A DNA stretch of 64,000 bases. Origin: an uncultured virus (IMG/VR IMGVR_UViG_3300046007_013272). Its lineage: Duplodnaviria > Heunggongvirae > Uroviricota > Caudoviricetes. Shown here one piece after another: positions 41,757 through 51,932 of this stretch. The notes below the pieces were generated by a model that was not told the DNA's origin, made no database searches, and was given only the letters and a program-made list of their open reading frames with translations. Location of the stretch: the IMG/VR virus record IMGVR_UViG_3300046007_013272; one strand, 5' to 3'. The position numbers and the translations under genes are program-made. Every line of letters begins with the position of its first letter. The stretch's first letter is position 1.

Positions 41757-42189
41757 TATGCAATACGATATTTATGGTGAGACTAATTTTAAAGCCATAG
41801 ATTTGAATAATAAGTTATTTTGCACCTTTACTCAGGAGCATCTCGTAGATGATATTATAGCAGACTTATCTTATAAGTATTCCATTTTGTATAATAAAAT
41901 TTTTGTCTTAGAAGTAAAAGACAATAATGAATACGTTATCACTTATAATATTGATTTAGCTAATTTGGCTGGTATACCTTTAAATACTATATTAGTTCAT
42001 AGAAAAAAGGAAACAAATACTTTATACACAATTAATGCTCTTAATGAGTTAATCAAAAAGTTAAATGGTGGAGTAGTTGACCCTCGTTATAAGATAGATT
42101 GGAAACACTATAAAAATACCATACTTTTAACTCAACAAAATGAGTTAAGACTGTTAAGAACAAAAATTTATAAAATTATTGAACTTTAA
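41734..42189 (+). CDS. Hypothetical protein (start uncertain)
   Basis: ORF with NKLFCTF and VHRKKETNTLYTINALN, in the replication block. Confidence 0.6.
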   Translation: MELATIFDMQYDIYGETNFKAIDLNNKLFCTFTQEHLVDDIIADLSYKYSILYNKIFVLEVKDNNEYVITYNIDLANLAGIPLNTILVHRKKETNTLYTINALNELIKKLNGGVVDPRYKIDWKHYKNTILLTQQNELRLLRTKIYKIIEL

Positions 42190-42221
42190 CTTGGCAGTTT
42201 AAAAAAAGTTTTGTATATTTG
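42190..42221 (+). promoter_or_regulatory. Bacteroidota-type sigma70 promoter candidate
   Basis: CTTG-N20-TATATTTG, an exact TAnnTTTG -7 box, upstream of the SSB gene. Confidence 0.7.
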
Positions 42222-42246
42222 GTTACAAATTAATTAGTTACATACT

Positions 42247-43077
42247 ATGGATTTAAATTTCATCAAACAAAAAATGGCTGCGATGCAGCAAAAACCCGAA
42301 CAGAGTAAGGGTGGGAATAAAGATCTATTCTGGAAACCACCTGTAGGCAAAGTTCAAATTCGTATTGTACCTTCAAAGTACAATCCTAATTCTCCTTTTA
42401 AAGAACTTCTATTTTACTACGGCATCGATCGCCCAGTAATGATTTCACCTCTTAATTTTGGAGACAAAGACCCAATTGCTGAAACAGCAAAACAACTACG
42501 CCAAACTAGTGATAAAGAAAATTGGCGCTTAGCTAAAAAACTTGATCCCAAAATGCGAGTTTTTGCTCCTGTAGTTGTACGTGGAGAAGAAGATAAAGGA
42601 GTACGTCTATGGCAGTTTGGTAAAGAAATGTACCTTGAACTTATGTCAATTGCTGATGATGATGATATTGGTGATTACACTGACGTAGCTGAAGGTCGTG
42701 ATTTTACAGTTGACACTGTTGGGCCCGAAGTAACCGGTACTAACTACAATAAATCTTCAATCAGAGTTAAAACTAAACAAACTCTATTATCTGAAGATGC
42801 TGCTGAAGTTAAGCAATGGTTAGATACCCAACCTAACCCAGAAGAAGTCTTCAAAAAGTGGTCTTACGAAGAAATGAAACAATCTCTTGTTAAATTCCTC
42901 GTACCTGAAGATGCTGCTGAAGAAGGTGATATCATTGATAACGAAAAGGAACCAGAAGTAGAAGAAGCACCTAAAACAAATTATAGTTTAAACACTTCAG
43001 CTAAAACTATTAAACAAAGTAAAGCTGATAAGTTTGACCAGATGTTTGAAAGTGATCTTCCCTTTGATCTAGAATAA
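42247..43077 (+). CDS. Single-stranded DNA-binding protein (gp32-like)
   Basis: FWKP..G...IRIVP, LWQFGK, D...GRDF motifs; acidic tail ending DLPFDLE. Confidence 0.8.
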   Translation: MDLNFIKQKMAAMQQKPEQSKGGNKDLFWKPPVGKVQIRIVPSKYNPNSPFKELLFYYGIDRPVMISPLNFGDKDPIAETAKQLRQTSDKENWRLAKKLDPKMRVFAPVVVRGEEDKGVRLWQFGKEMYLELMSIADDDDIGDYTDVAEGRDFTVDTVGPEVTGTNYNKSSIRVKTKQTLLSEDAAEVKQWLDTQPNPEEVFKKWSYEEMKQSLVKFLVPEDAAEEGDIIDNEKEPEVEEAPKTNYSLNTSAKTIKQSKADKFDQMFESDLPFDLE

Positions 43078-43080
43078 TAC

Positions 43081-44166
43081 ATGGCAAGAGGTAAAAAACC
43101 AACCCAGTCGTTGTCGGCTGCGGTAACGGCAGAAATCCAAGCAAATTTTGACTTAGATAAATTTAAGAATAAAAAAGGTTTACTTGGTAATGTCAAATTT
43201 AAATCCCAACAATGGGTACCTTTATCTAATGCTTATCAAGAAGTAACAAGTGTGCCCGGTATTCCTACCGGACACATTGTTCTCTTGAGAGGTCATAGTG
43301 ATACTGGTAAAACTACTGCTTTGATTGAAGCAGCAGTTAATGCCCAAAAAGCAGGTATTCTACCAGTATTCATTATTACCGAGATGAAATGGAGTTGGGA
43401 ACACGCTACTCAAATGGGTCTGCAAATCGAAGAGGTAGTAGATGAAGAAACTGGAGAAATTCTAGATTATAAAGGATTTTTCTTATATGCTGACCGCGAA
43501 ACTATTCACACAATTGAAGACGTAGCAGCATTTATTCTTGATTTACTTGATGAGCAGAAAAAAGGTAATCTACCTTATGATTTAATGTTCTTGTGGGATT
43601 CAATTGGTTCTGTACCTTGTGAATTGTCTGTACGTTCTAATAAAAATAACAACGAATGGAACGCAGGAGCGATGTCAACTCAATTTGGTAATGGTGTAAA
43701 TCAACAAATTACATTATCTCGTAAAGAATCATCTAAACATACTAACACATTAGTTTGTATCAATAAGGTATGGACAGCAAAAGCTGAAACACCTATGAGT
43801 CAACCTAAACTGATGAACAAAGGTGGTTTCGCAATGTGGTTTGATGCCACGTTTGTTGTAACGTTTGGTAATGTTTCTAATGCTGGTACCTCCAAAATTA
43901 AAGCAATTAAGGATGGTAAGCAGGTTGAATTTGCAAAACGCACTAAAATCCAAATTGATAAAAACCACATTAATGGTATTACTACTCGTGGTAATATTAT
44001 TATGACTCCTCATGGTTTTATTGATGATAGTGATAAGGCATTAAAATCTTATAAGGATGCTCACGCAAAAGAGTGGAGTAAAATTCTAGGTGGTGGTGAT
44101 TTTGAAGTTGTAGAAGAATTAGACAACTTTGAACCAACACAAGAATTCTCTCAGGAACCAGAATAA
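43081..44166 (+). CDS. uvsX: RecA/UvsX-like recombinase
   Basis: GIP.G, GHSDTGKT Walker A, WDSIG, GG.A..F and KN. Confidence 0.85.
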   Translation: MARGKKPTQSLSAAVTAEIQANFDLDKFKNKKGLLGNVKFKSQQWVPLSNAYQEVTSVPGIPTGHIVLLRGHSDTGKTTALIEAAVNAQKAGILPVFIITEMKWSWEHATQMGLQIEEVVDEETGEILDYKGFFLYADRETIHTIEDVAAFILDLLDEQKKGNLPYDLMFLWDSIGSVPCELSVRSNKNNNEWNAGAMSTQFGNGVNQQITLSRKESSKHTNTLVCINKVWTAKAETPMSQPKLMNKGGFAMWFDATFVVTFGNVSNAGTSKIKAIKDGKQVEFAKRTKIQIDKNHINGITTRGNIIMTPHGFIDDSDKALKSYKDAHAKEWSKILGGGDFEVVEELDNFEPTQEFSQEPE

Positions 44167-44167
44167 G

Positions 44168-45202
44168 ATGAATAAAGAAGATTTATTAAAACTCCTCAGC
44201 AATTTAGATGAGGAGAATGAAATAGTACTCCCTAAAAAGCACGATAGAGTTCTTTTGATAGATGGTTTAAATCTATTTTTTAGAAACTTTGCAATGTTAA
44301 ATTTTGTTAATGAAGAAGGTCTTCACGTAGGAGGTCTTGGGGGTTTTATTCGTTCTTTAGGAACTTTAATAAATCAAATTCAGCCAACTTCTATATATAT
44401 TGTTTTTGACGGGCAGGGATCTGCTACTAACAGAAAAAATATAAATTCTGATTATAAATCTAATAGAAATATTAGACGAATTACAAATTGGCAAGTTTTT
44501 AATAGTTTAGAAGAAGAAAACGAAGCAAAAATAAACCAAATTGTAAGATTAATTCATTATTTAAAATGTTTACCTGTTAAAGTAGTATCCCTGCCCAAAG
44601 TCGAGGCAGATGATATCATTGCTCATTTATCTAAAAAATTAGAATCTAAATATAATTCTAAAGTTTTTATTGTTTCTAGTGATAAAGATTTTATTCAATT
44701 AGTAACTGAAAACATTATTGTTTACAGACCAATAGAAAAAGATTATTATACTCAAGAAACAATTAAAGAAAAATTTGGAATCCCCGCAAAGAATTTTATA
44801 TTATATAAAACATTATTGGGAGATAGTTCAGATATGATTAAAGGAATTAAAGGTTTAGGTGAAAAAGGTATCCTAAAAAAATTTCCTGAATTAGCTGAAA
44901 AAGAATTAGATTTAGATGGCATCTTTAGTATTTGTGAAAATAAGTTTAAAGAACATGTAACTTATGCTCGTGTAATACAAAGTATAGATGAATTAGAAAA
45001 AAATTATACAATAATGGATTTAGCTAATCCAATGTTAGATGATAAAGAAAAATGTTTTTTGGATAATTTAATAAAAGATAAAACACCAAAATTGAATGAA
45101 AATGCTTTTTTAAAGTTTTACCATGAAGATGGTTTAAGACATTTAATTAAAAACATTGAATATTGGTTAACAAGCAATTTTAAAGATATTATAAGCGAAT
45201 AA
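44168..45202 (+). CDS. 5'-3' exonuclease / RNase H (FEN, T4 rnh-like)
   Basis: LIDGLN, VFDG, YK.NR, EADD, SSDKD, GD.SD.I.GIKG.G.K; start moved to ATG 44168. Confidence 0.9.
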   Translation: MNKEDLLKLLSNLDEENEIVLPKKHDRVLLIDGLNLFFRNFAMLNFVNEEGLHVGGLGGFIRSLGTLINQIQPTSIYIVFDGQGSATNRKNINSDYKSNRNIRRITNWQVFNSLEEENEAKINQIVRLIHYLKCLPVKVVSLPKVEADDIIAHLSKKLESKYNSKVFIVSSDKDFIQLVTENIIVYRPIEKDYYTQETIKEKFGIPAKNFILYKTLLGDSSDMIKGIKGLGEKGILKKFPELAEKELDLDGIFSICENKFKEHVTYARVIQSIDELEKNYTIMDLANPMLDDKEKCFLDNLIKDKTPKLNENAFLKFYHEDGLRHLIKNIEYWLTSNFKDIISE

Positions 45203-45203
45203 A

Positions 45204-46559
45204 ATGACTCTGAGTAATTTAAATTCATATGGTCCAGGTTTTCAGATAAAGGTTTTAGCTTCACTTTTAAATCATAAAGAGTTTTTAATAAACATTCATG
45301 ATATTTTAAGTGAAGATTATTTCGATAATCAAGCACATAAATGGGTTGTAAAAGAGATACTTAAGTATTATGAAAAGTATCACACAACTCCAACAATGGA
45401 AGTACTAAAAGTAGAACTTAAAAAAGTTCAAAATGAAGTACTCCAAATTTCTATTAAAGAACAATTAAAAGAAGCATACAAATCATTAAATGATGATTTA
45501 GCTTATATTGAAGAAGAATTTTCAACTTTCTGTAAAAACCAGATGTTGAAAAAAGCCTTACTTCAATCTGTTGACTTACTACAAGCCGGTGATTATGATT
45601 CAATTAAATTTATGATTGAATCTGCTATGAAAGCCGGTCAAGATAAAAATGTAGGTCACGAATACTCTAAAGATATTGAATCTCGATACAGAGAAGAACA
45701 TAGAATTGCAGTACCCACACCTTGGGGAGAATTTAATGAACTACTTCAAGGTGGTTTAGGTGGTGGTGATTTTGGTCTTATTTTTGGTAACCCTGGTGGT
45801 GGTAAATCTTGGGCATTAGTTGCTCTAGGAGGTCATGCTGTTAAAATGGGTTTTAATGTAATCCACTACACTCTTGAATTAGGTGAAGATTATGTAGGCC
45901 GTCGTTATGACGCTTACTTTACCCAAATCCCAGTTAATAAAATTACTCAATATAAAAAAGAAGTTTCAGACGTTGTTGAGCAAATCCCAGGTCGATTAAT
46001 TATTAAAGAATTTCCAACAGGTAAGGCAACTATATCGACTCTTGAATCACACATTAAAAAATGTATTGATTTAGAATTCCAACCAGATTTAATTCTTGTT
46101 GACTATGTAGACCTTCTTCGTTCAAAACGTAATAGTAAAGAACGTAAGGAAGAGATAGATGATATTTATGTTGGCACAAAAGGATTAGCTAGAGAGCTTA
46201 ATCTCCCAATATGGAGTGTATCACAAGTAAACCGAGCAGGTTCAAAGGATGACATCATTGAGGGGGATAAGGCTGCTGGCTCCTATGATAAGATGATGAT
46301 TACTGACTTCGCAGCTTCATTATCAAGAAAAAAAGAAGATAAAGTAAATGGAACAGGTAGATTTCACATTATGAAAAATAGATATGGAATAGATGGCCTG
46401 ACATATGGGGCAAAAATTGATACCTCTACCGGATTCTTTGAAATATCTTCAGATCTTGATTCATACAGCACACCAAGTCCTACACAAAATACAAGTTTTG
46501 ATTCATTTTCAAGTGACGACAAGAGTAAAATAAGTGATTTTTTACTCAAGATAAACTAA
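45204..46559 (+). CDS. Replicative helicase (DnaB/gp41-like)
   Basis: GNPGGGKS, LEL, VDY.DL, SQ.NR and KNRYG. Confidence 0.9.
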   Translation: MTLSNLNSYGPGFQIKVLASLLNHKEFLINIHDILSEDYFDNQAHKWVVKEILKYYEKYHTTPTMEVLKVELKKVQNEVLQISIKEQLKEAYKSLNDDLAYIEEEFSTFCKNQMLKKALLQSVDLLQAGDYDSIKFMIESAMKAGQDKNVGHEYSKDIESRYREEHRIAVPTPWGEFNELLQGGLGGGDFGLIFGNPGGGKSWALVALGGHAVKMGFNVIHYTLELGEDYVGRRYDAYFTQIPVNKITQYKKEVSDVVEQIPGRLIIKEFPTGKATISTLESHIKKCIDLEFQPDLILVDYVDLLRSKRNSKERKEEIDDIYVGTKGLARELNLPIWSVSQVNRAGSKDDIIEGDKAAGSYDKMMITDFAASLSRKKEDKVNGTGRFHIMKNRYGIDGLTYGAKIDTSTGFFEISSDLDSYSTPSPTQNTSFDSFSSDDKSKISDFLLKIN

Positions 46560-46580
46560 TTTATTAAAAAAACTAATACT

Positions 46581-47567
46581 ATGGCAAAGAAATCAAATCT
46601 GTTGCATGAGAGAATTATCTACAAACCTTTCGAATATCCGGAAGCATATGATTATTGGCTTAAACAACAACAGGCACACTGGTTACATACTGAAGTTCCA
46701 ATGATGTCTGATTTGAATGACTGGAACTCTAATCTTAATGAATCTGAAAAAAATATTATTGGTTCTATCTTAAAAGGTTTTGCCCAAACAGAAACTATTG
46801 TAAATGATTATTGGTCAGGGTTAGTAACTAAATGGTTTAGAAAACCAGAAGTTATTATGATGGCTACAACATTTGGCGCTTTTGAAACAATTCACGCTGA
46901 AGCTTATTCTTTATTAAATGAAACACTCGGACTTGATAATTTTTCAGAGTTTCTCGAAGATGAAACTACGATGGCTAAAATTGAAAATCTTATGCTTGTT
47001 AGGGATAGTTTTAATGGCGAAAAAGATTTCCACGAAATTGCCAAATCATTGGCTATATTCTCAGCCTTTACCGAGGGCGTTAACTTATTCTCTTCATTCG
47101 CCATACTACTCTCTTTTAAAATGCGAAACAAGCTTAAGGGAGTGGGTCAAATTGTTGAATGGTCTATTAGAGACGAGTCTCTCCACTCAGAAGCAGGATG
47201 TTGGTTATTTAGAACTCTTATTAAAGAAAATCCAAAACTCAAAACAAAAGAACTAGAAGCAGCAATTAATGAAGCAGCTTTATTATCTCTTAAACTCGAA
47301 CTTGATTTTATTGATAAGGTATATGAGTTAGGTGATCTTGAAGGATGTTCAAAATACGATCTTCAAAATTTTATCAAAAATCGTGTTAATACCAAACTTG
47401 GTGATCTTGGTTATAATCCAATCGTTTCAAATATTGATATGACAGCGGTTGAACGTATGAAATGGTTTGATGCTTTATCTGCGGGTAAACAACACACTGA
47501 TTTCTTTGCTAGTCGTGTTACTAATTATTCTAAAGGACACATGCAGTGGGATGAAAGCATTTTTTAA
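46581..47567 (+). CDS. nrdB: Class I ribonucleotide reductase beta subunit
   Basis: W...EV.M..D, E.IH..AYS, EGV.LFSSF, RDESLH and DFF. Confidence 0.95.
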   Translation: MAKKSNLLHERIIYKPFEYPEAYDYWLKQQQAHWLHTEVPMMSDLNDWNSNLNESEKNIIGSILKGFAQTETIVNDYWSGLVTKWFRKPEVIMMATTFGAFETIHAEAYSLLNETLGLDNFSEFLEDETTMAKIENLMLVRDSFNGEKDFHEIAKSLAIFSAFTEGVNLFSSFAILLSFKMRNKLKGVGQIVEWSIRDESLHSEAGCWLFRTLIKENPKLKTKELEAAINEAALLSLKLELDFIDKVYELGDLEGCSKYDLQNFIKNRVNTKLGDLGYNPIVSNIDMTAVERMKWFDALSAGKQHTDFFASRVTNYSKGHMQWDESIF

Positions 47568-47611
47568 AAAATTTATTAGAGCATTTTTTGAAACTATTCA
47601 ATCGCATTAAA

Positions 47612-48208
47612 ATGAAAAAGTATTTTTTAATTACTCTTTTATTCCCACTTACTCTTTTAGCCCAACTAAAAGATAGTGTATATTGGAACACCCCTTACTT
47701 TATAATTAACTATTCAGAAGTACTAGAAGGACCTCGTTCAGTAAGATACTCTGTAGCTTGCCCAAATGGTACTGCATCTCGTACTGGAATGGATTTTTAT
47801 ACTGAAAAAGGACTTAAAACATCAGATAATAAAGACTATGAAGAAAATGAATGGGACAAAGGACACATGGCTCCCGCGGCATCTCTTAATTGTGATCGCG
47901 ATATGCTATACGCTACTTTTACTTATGTCAATTCTAGCCTTCAACAACAAAGTCTAAATCGTGGTGTTTGGAAAAAGTTAGAAATATATGAACGTGAACA
48001 AGCAAAAACAGCTCAAGTTCAAGTGTTTATTCGAATAGAATATGATAAAACACCAGCTCGAGTTCCTACAAATGCTGCTATCCCTAAAGGATATTATAAG
48101 GAACTTAAGATTGGAAATCGCAAAGAGTGTTATTATTTTAAAAATGTAGCACCTGTATCAAAAGAATTAAATGATTATAAGTGTAATTGTAGAAACGTAA
48201 TAAAATAA
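47612..48208 (+). CDS. Secreted DNA/RNA non-specific endonuclease (NucA/Serratia type)
   Basis: Signal peptide MKKYFLITLLFPLTLLA/Q; DKGH.AP, TF.Y.N...Q, LNRG.W..LE and IP..YYK. Confidence 0.85.
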   Translation: MKKYFLITLLFPLTLLAQLKDSVYWNTPYFIINYSEVLEGPRSVRYSVACPNGTASRTGMDFYTEKGLKTSDNKDYEENEWDKGHMAPAASLNCDRDMLYATFTYVNSSLQQQSLNRGVWKKLEIYEREQAKTAQVQVFIRIEYDKTPARVPTNAAIPKGYYKELKIGNRKECYYFKNVAPVSKELNDYKCNCRNVIK

Positions 48209-48209
48209 A

Positions 48210-49919
48210 ATGGATAATAATTTAGTAGCAGATTTTTCTATTTGGGAAAAAGGGAAAGACTACCCTGAGTACATGGATGAGGTAGCACTCAGTACCATTT
48301 CAAAAGGTTATTTACTCCCAGGTGAAACACCCAAAAAAGCTTACAGAAGAGTAGCACACGCTGTGGCGATGCGTTTAAATCGTCCTGACTTAGAAAATAA
48401 ATTTTTTAAATACATTTGGAATGGATGGATTGGTCTTGCCAGCCCTGTTCTTAGCAATACCGGTACTGATCGTGGTTTGCCTATCTCTTGTTTTGGAATT
48501 GATACGCCCGATAGTGTTCGTGGAATTGGACTTACTAACGCTGAACTTATGCGCCTTACTTCCTACGGCGGAGGAGTTGGAATCTCGCTTAGCCGCATTC
48601 GACCAAGAGGTGCTCATATCACAGGAAATGGAAAGTCAGAAGGAGTTGTACCATGGGCTAAAATCTATGACTCCACTATCATTGCCACTAACCAAGGTTC
48701 TGTTAGACGAGGAGCTGCATCCGTAAACTTAGATATCAGCCATAAAGACATTCATGAGTTTCTTCAGATTCGCAGACCTAAAGGAGACCCAAATAGACAA
48801 TGCCTTAACCTACATCAGTGTGTAGTTGTTGATGATGCGTTTATGAAGCGCTTAAATGATCGCGACAGCGAGGCTATGTCATTGTGGTTAGAAATACTTA
48901 AATCACGCGTAGAAACCGGTGAACCCTACATTATGTTTAGTGATAATGTCAATAAAGACAACCCACTAGCATACAGAATGAACAATTTAAATGTTTCAAT
49001 GACTAACATCTGTACTGAAATTACACTTCACACAGATGAAGAACATTCATTTATTTGTTGTTTAAGTTCATTAAACTTAGCTAAATATGATGAGTGGAAA
49101 GATACAGATGTAGTTGAAACTGCAATCTATTTTCTTGATGGTGTAATGGAAGAATTCATCCAAAAAACCAATGGTAAAGAATCTATGATTCGCTCACACA
49201 GACATGCTAAAAAAGGTCGTGCACTTGGTTTAGGAGTAATGGGATGGCATACATTCTTACAACAAAAGAATTTACCATTTAACTCAATTGCCTCTACTGC
49301 TTGGACTCACACTATTTTCAGCCAAATTAAATTACAAGCAGAAGCCGCATCTCGTAAAATGGCTACAGAGTATGGTGAACCACTCTGGTGTAAAGGTACG
49401 GGTATGAGAAATACTCACTTACTAGCAATTGCACCAACAGTTTCTAATTCTCGTATTAGCAGTTGTTCAGCAGGTATTGAACCTCAACCAGCAAACGTTT
49501 ATGTGTTTAATGGTGCCAAAGGAACTTTTATTGTTAAAAATCCTGAGCTTGAAGCACTATTAAAGAAAAAAGGACATAATGTAAGTAAAGTTTGGGATCA
49601 AATTCTAGCTGACAATGGTTCAGTACAAAATTTATCTCATGAAATTCTAACTGAAGACGAAAAAGAAATATTCTTAACCTTCCCAGAAATTAACCAGTTA
49701 GCTTTAGTTCAACAAGCAGCAGTTCGCCAAAAGTATCTTGACCAAACCCAATCACTTAATCTTTCATTTGATCCAACCGATTCACCTAAATGGATTAACC
49801 AGGTACATATGGAGGCTTGGAAGCTTGGAATCAAAACACTTTATTACTTACGCACTGATTCAGTAATTAAAGGAGATCTTGGATCTCGCACTGTAGATTG
49901 TGTTGCTTGTGATGGGTAG
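48210..49919 (+). CDS. nrdA: Class I ribonucleotide reductase alpha subunit (no ATP cone evident)
   Basis: SPVLSN, ISCF, QG..RRG, TNICTEI, CCLSSLN, AIAPT and C-terminal CVACDG. Confidence 0.95.
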   Translation: MDNNLVADFSIWEKGKDYPEYMDEVALSTISKGYLLPGETPKKAYRRVAHAVAMRLNRPDLENKFFKYIWNGWIGLASPVLSNTGTDRGLPISCFGIDTPDSVRGIGLTNAELMRLTSYGGGVGISLSRIRPRGAHITGNGKSEGVVPWAKIYDSTIIATNQGSVRRGAASVNLDISHKDIHEFLQIRRPKGDPNRQCLNLHQCVVVDDAFMKRLNDRDSEAMSLWLEILKSRVETGEPYIMFSDNVNKDNPLAYRMNNLNVSMTNICTEITLHTDEEHSFICCLSSLNLAKYDEWKDTDVVETAIYFLDGVMEEFIQKTNGKESMIRSHRHAKKGRALGLGVMGWHTFLQQKNLPFNSIASTAWTHTIFSQIKLQAEAASRKMATEYGEPLWCKGTGMRNTHLLAIAPTVSNSRISSCSAGIEPQPANVYVFNGAKGTFIVKNPELEALLKKKGHNVSKVWDQILADNGSVQNLSHEILTEDEKEIFLTFPEINQLALVQQAAVRQKYLDQTQSLNLSFDPTDSPKWINQVHMEAWKLGIKTLYYLRTDSVIKGDLGSRTVDCVACDG

Positions 49920-49942
49920 ATAATTTTAAATTTCTTTTTTAC

Positions 49943-49968
49943 TAGGGGTGTCTTCGGACACCTCTTTG
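49943..49968 (+). terminator. Intrinsic terminator
   Basis: AGGGGTGTC-TTCG-GACACCTCT then TT. Confidence 0.75.
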
Positions 49969-49991
49969 TATTTATAATAAACCCATAAATT

Positions 49992-50243
49992 ATGAAACTA
50001 CCTATTACTTTTGAACAATTTTCAAAAGATCCTACAAAAGGTCTACTGTTTTTAGTAATTGTTGCTATAGGTTATTTATACGTCGATATCAAATTAAGCA
50101 ATTCTGATTTGATCGGTAAATACGACGAGCGTGTAGCTGGTCAAGACCAAAAAATTGAGTTATTAACTGAACACGTTCGTAGAAGTGATTCTACATTAGG
50201 TTACATGATAAGCAAGGTTGAAATGCTTCAAATCATGAAATAA
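49992..50243 (+). CDS. Single-TM coiled-coil membrane protein (lysis block)
   Basis: TM segment GLLFLVIVAIGYLYV followed by a heptad region. Confidence 0.6.
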   Translation: MKLPITFEQFSKDPTKGLLFLVIVAIGYLYVDIKLSNSDLIGKYDERVAGQDQKIELLTEHVRRSDSTLGYMISKVEMLQIMK

Positions 50244-50578
50244 TGGACGTTAAAAAAACTTACATTATAGGAGTAGCATCTATTATTTTAGCTACCACTA
50301 TAATTTCAGTTACGGCTCAAAAACCAAATGAGCCTAAAGTTGATGAAGTTAAGTTCCTACTTCAAAAATCACAGGAACAAATGAAACAAGCCACTAAAAT
50401 GGCTAAGGCTATTGATAAATCTACTACAGAAAAAGTTGTTGGAATGAAGGAGTCAATCCAGACGTTGCAAGAAGAAAAACTAATTTTAACAACACAACTA
50501 AATGAAGTCAAGGCTATCATCGATTCTGTTTCTCCTTCCGCTACTCCTTTTGAACTCGAGTCTGACGGCTCAAACTAG
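50243..50578 (+). CDS. Exported or membrane-anchored coiled-coil protein
   Basis: N-terminal hydrophobic segment ending VTA/Q, then coiled coil. Confidence 0.6.
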   Translation: MDVKKTYIIGVASIILATTIISVTAQKPNEPKVDEVKFLLQKSQEQMKQATKMAKAIDKSTTEKVVGMKESIQTLQEEKLILTTQLNEVKAIIDSVSPSATPFELESDGSN

Positions 50579-51446
50579 ATATCCTTACGAGTTAATTAAA
50601 GGTAAAGATACAACTGTGACTATGCTTAAGTCACAGGCTGTTTATCTTAACCAGACTATTGCTAAGCAAAAAACAAAACTTAACGAAATTAAAACTGAGT
50701 ATGATTCTGCTAAAGCCGAATATGCTGTTTTAGATTCTAGTTTTAATGAACTTCATATTTATGCAGGTCAAAAAAGTGCTAAAGTAACTGAATTAGATTC
50801 GATTATAAAGAATCAACAACCAATTGTTAAAATTGATACTGTAATTAAAGAAATTCAAGTACCAAGTCTACCACCTGTTAAAGGTTTATCAAGATGGGGT
50901 ATGAGTTTTTCTAGAGGTTCTTTAAATTCATTTAGTGATTTAAGAAGTGAATCTATTGAAGCCATAGAAGGTAGTACTCAAGCTTTAACATATTCGCCTG
51001 ATAAACATTGGGAAACTAGAGGTATATTAACTCAAGGCACTATTAGAGGTACTCGAACCACTCCAATAGAAGACACCCAAACATTTGGAGCTACACTTTA
51101 TTCAGCTGAATTAGTCTTAGCTTATAATTTTGCAGTAAGTAAAGATGGAAGTATTACTATTTTTGGAGGTAATGGATTTGCTCATGCCCATCGTTATTTA
51201 ACCTCAGCTAGTAATCCTAACTACCCTTTAATGGAAATTAATTCAGCAGGAGGAGTTTGGACAATCTTTACTACTTTAGGAGGTGAGGTAGGAATTAACT
51301 TAACTAAATCTGTAAAAGTATTTGGTGGTACTAAAGTAAATGTTTATTCAACAGACGATTTAGATGCTTGGGCTTCTTACAATAAAGGAACCCCAGATAT
51401 TATACAATATACTTATGCGGGTCTAGCTTTTAGATTTAGTAGGTAA
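50502..51446 (+). CDS. Exported protein: coiled coil plus probable outer-membrane beta-barrel
   Basis: Signal peptide ending LTA/Q, heptad stretch, alternating amphipathic strands and terminal YAGLAFRF. Confidence 0.6.
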   Translation: MKSRLSSILFLLPLLLLNSSLTAQTRYPYELIKGKDTTVTMLKSQAVYLNQTIAKQKTKLNEIKTEYDSAKAEYAVLDSSFNELHIYAGQKSAKVTELDSIIKNQQPIVKIDTVIKEIQVPSLPPVKGLSRWGMSFSRGSLNSFSDLRSESIEAIEGSTQALTYSPDKHWETRGILTQGTIRGTRTTPIEDTQTFGATLYSAELVLAYNFAVSKDGSITIFGGNGFAHAHRYLTSASNPNYPLMEINSAGGVWTIFTTLGGEVGINLTKSVKVFGGTKVNVYSTDDLDAWASYNKGTPDIIQYTYAGLAFRFSR

Positions 51447-51505
51447 TATTTATAATAAATGTTTTATATAATAGTTGTATTAAATTAACTTTTAAATTTA
51501 AAATT

Positions 51506-51763
51506 ATGGCATTTAGTGACATTTTTAAAGACAAGAATGATTTCAACGAAAAAACTATCGTTGGCTTTATGTCATTCTCAGTAATGAGTATTGCAGCTCT
51601 TGCAGACGTCGCAACTGGTATTATGGGTCAAGAACTCGTTATCAGTGATACAATCTTTAACTCTTTTGTAATCATCACTCTTGGTGCTTTCGGTATTGCT
51701 GAAGCAGGTAAAATTTTTGGTGGTAATAAAAAAGATAAGTCTAACGAAGAAGAAATAGGATAA
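51506..51763 (+). CDS. Two-TM holin-like protein
   Basis: Two hydrophobic helices and a charged C-terminal tail; upstream of the endolysin. Confidence 0.5.
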   Translation: MAFSDIFKDKNDFNEKTIVGFMSFSVMSIAALADVATGIMGQELVISDTIFNSFVIITLGAFGIAEAGKIFGGNKKDKSNEEEIG

Positions 51764-51930
51764 TGAAAGATATTTTTAATGCAATTTTGAAATTTTTACT
51801 AGGTAAAACAAAATTAGATGAAACATTAGCTGATGAGCTAGGTAACTTAAAAGAAAAAGTAGATACTATTGATAAAATTGATAGTGATACTGAAGTAAAA
51901 CAAGAAGAAACCCCTAAAACCGAAGAATAA
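51763..51930 (+). CDS. Small acidic hypothetical protein (not in the ORF track)
   Basis: MKDIFNAILKFLLGK...ETPKTEE*; ATG overlaps the previous stop. Confidence 0.55.
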   Translation: MKDIFNAILKFLLGKTKLDETLADELGNLKEKVDTIDKIDSDTEVKQEETPKTEE

Positions 51931-51932
51931 TC

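Noticed and set aside
46581..49919. Introns or inteins in nrdA, nrdB, thyA, helicase or recA
   Set aside because: All are continuous and of ordinary length, with no intein-like insertions seen
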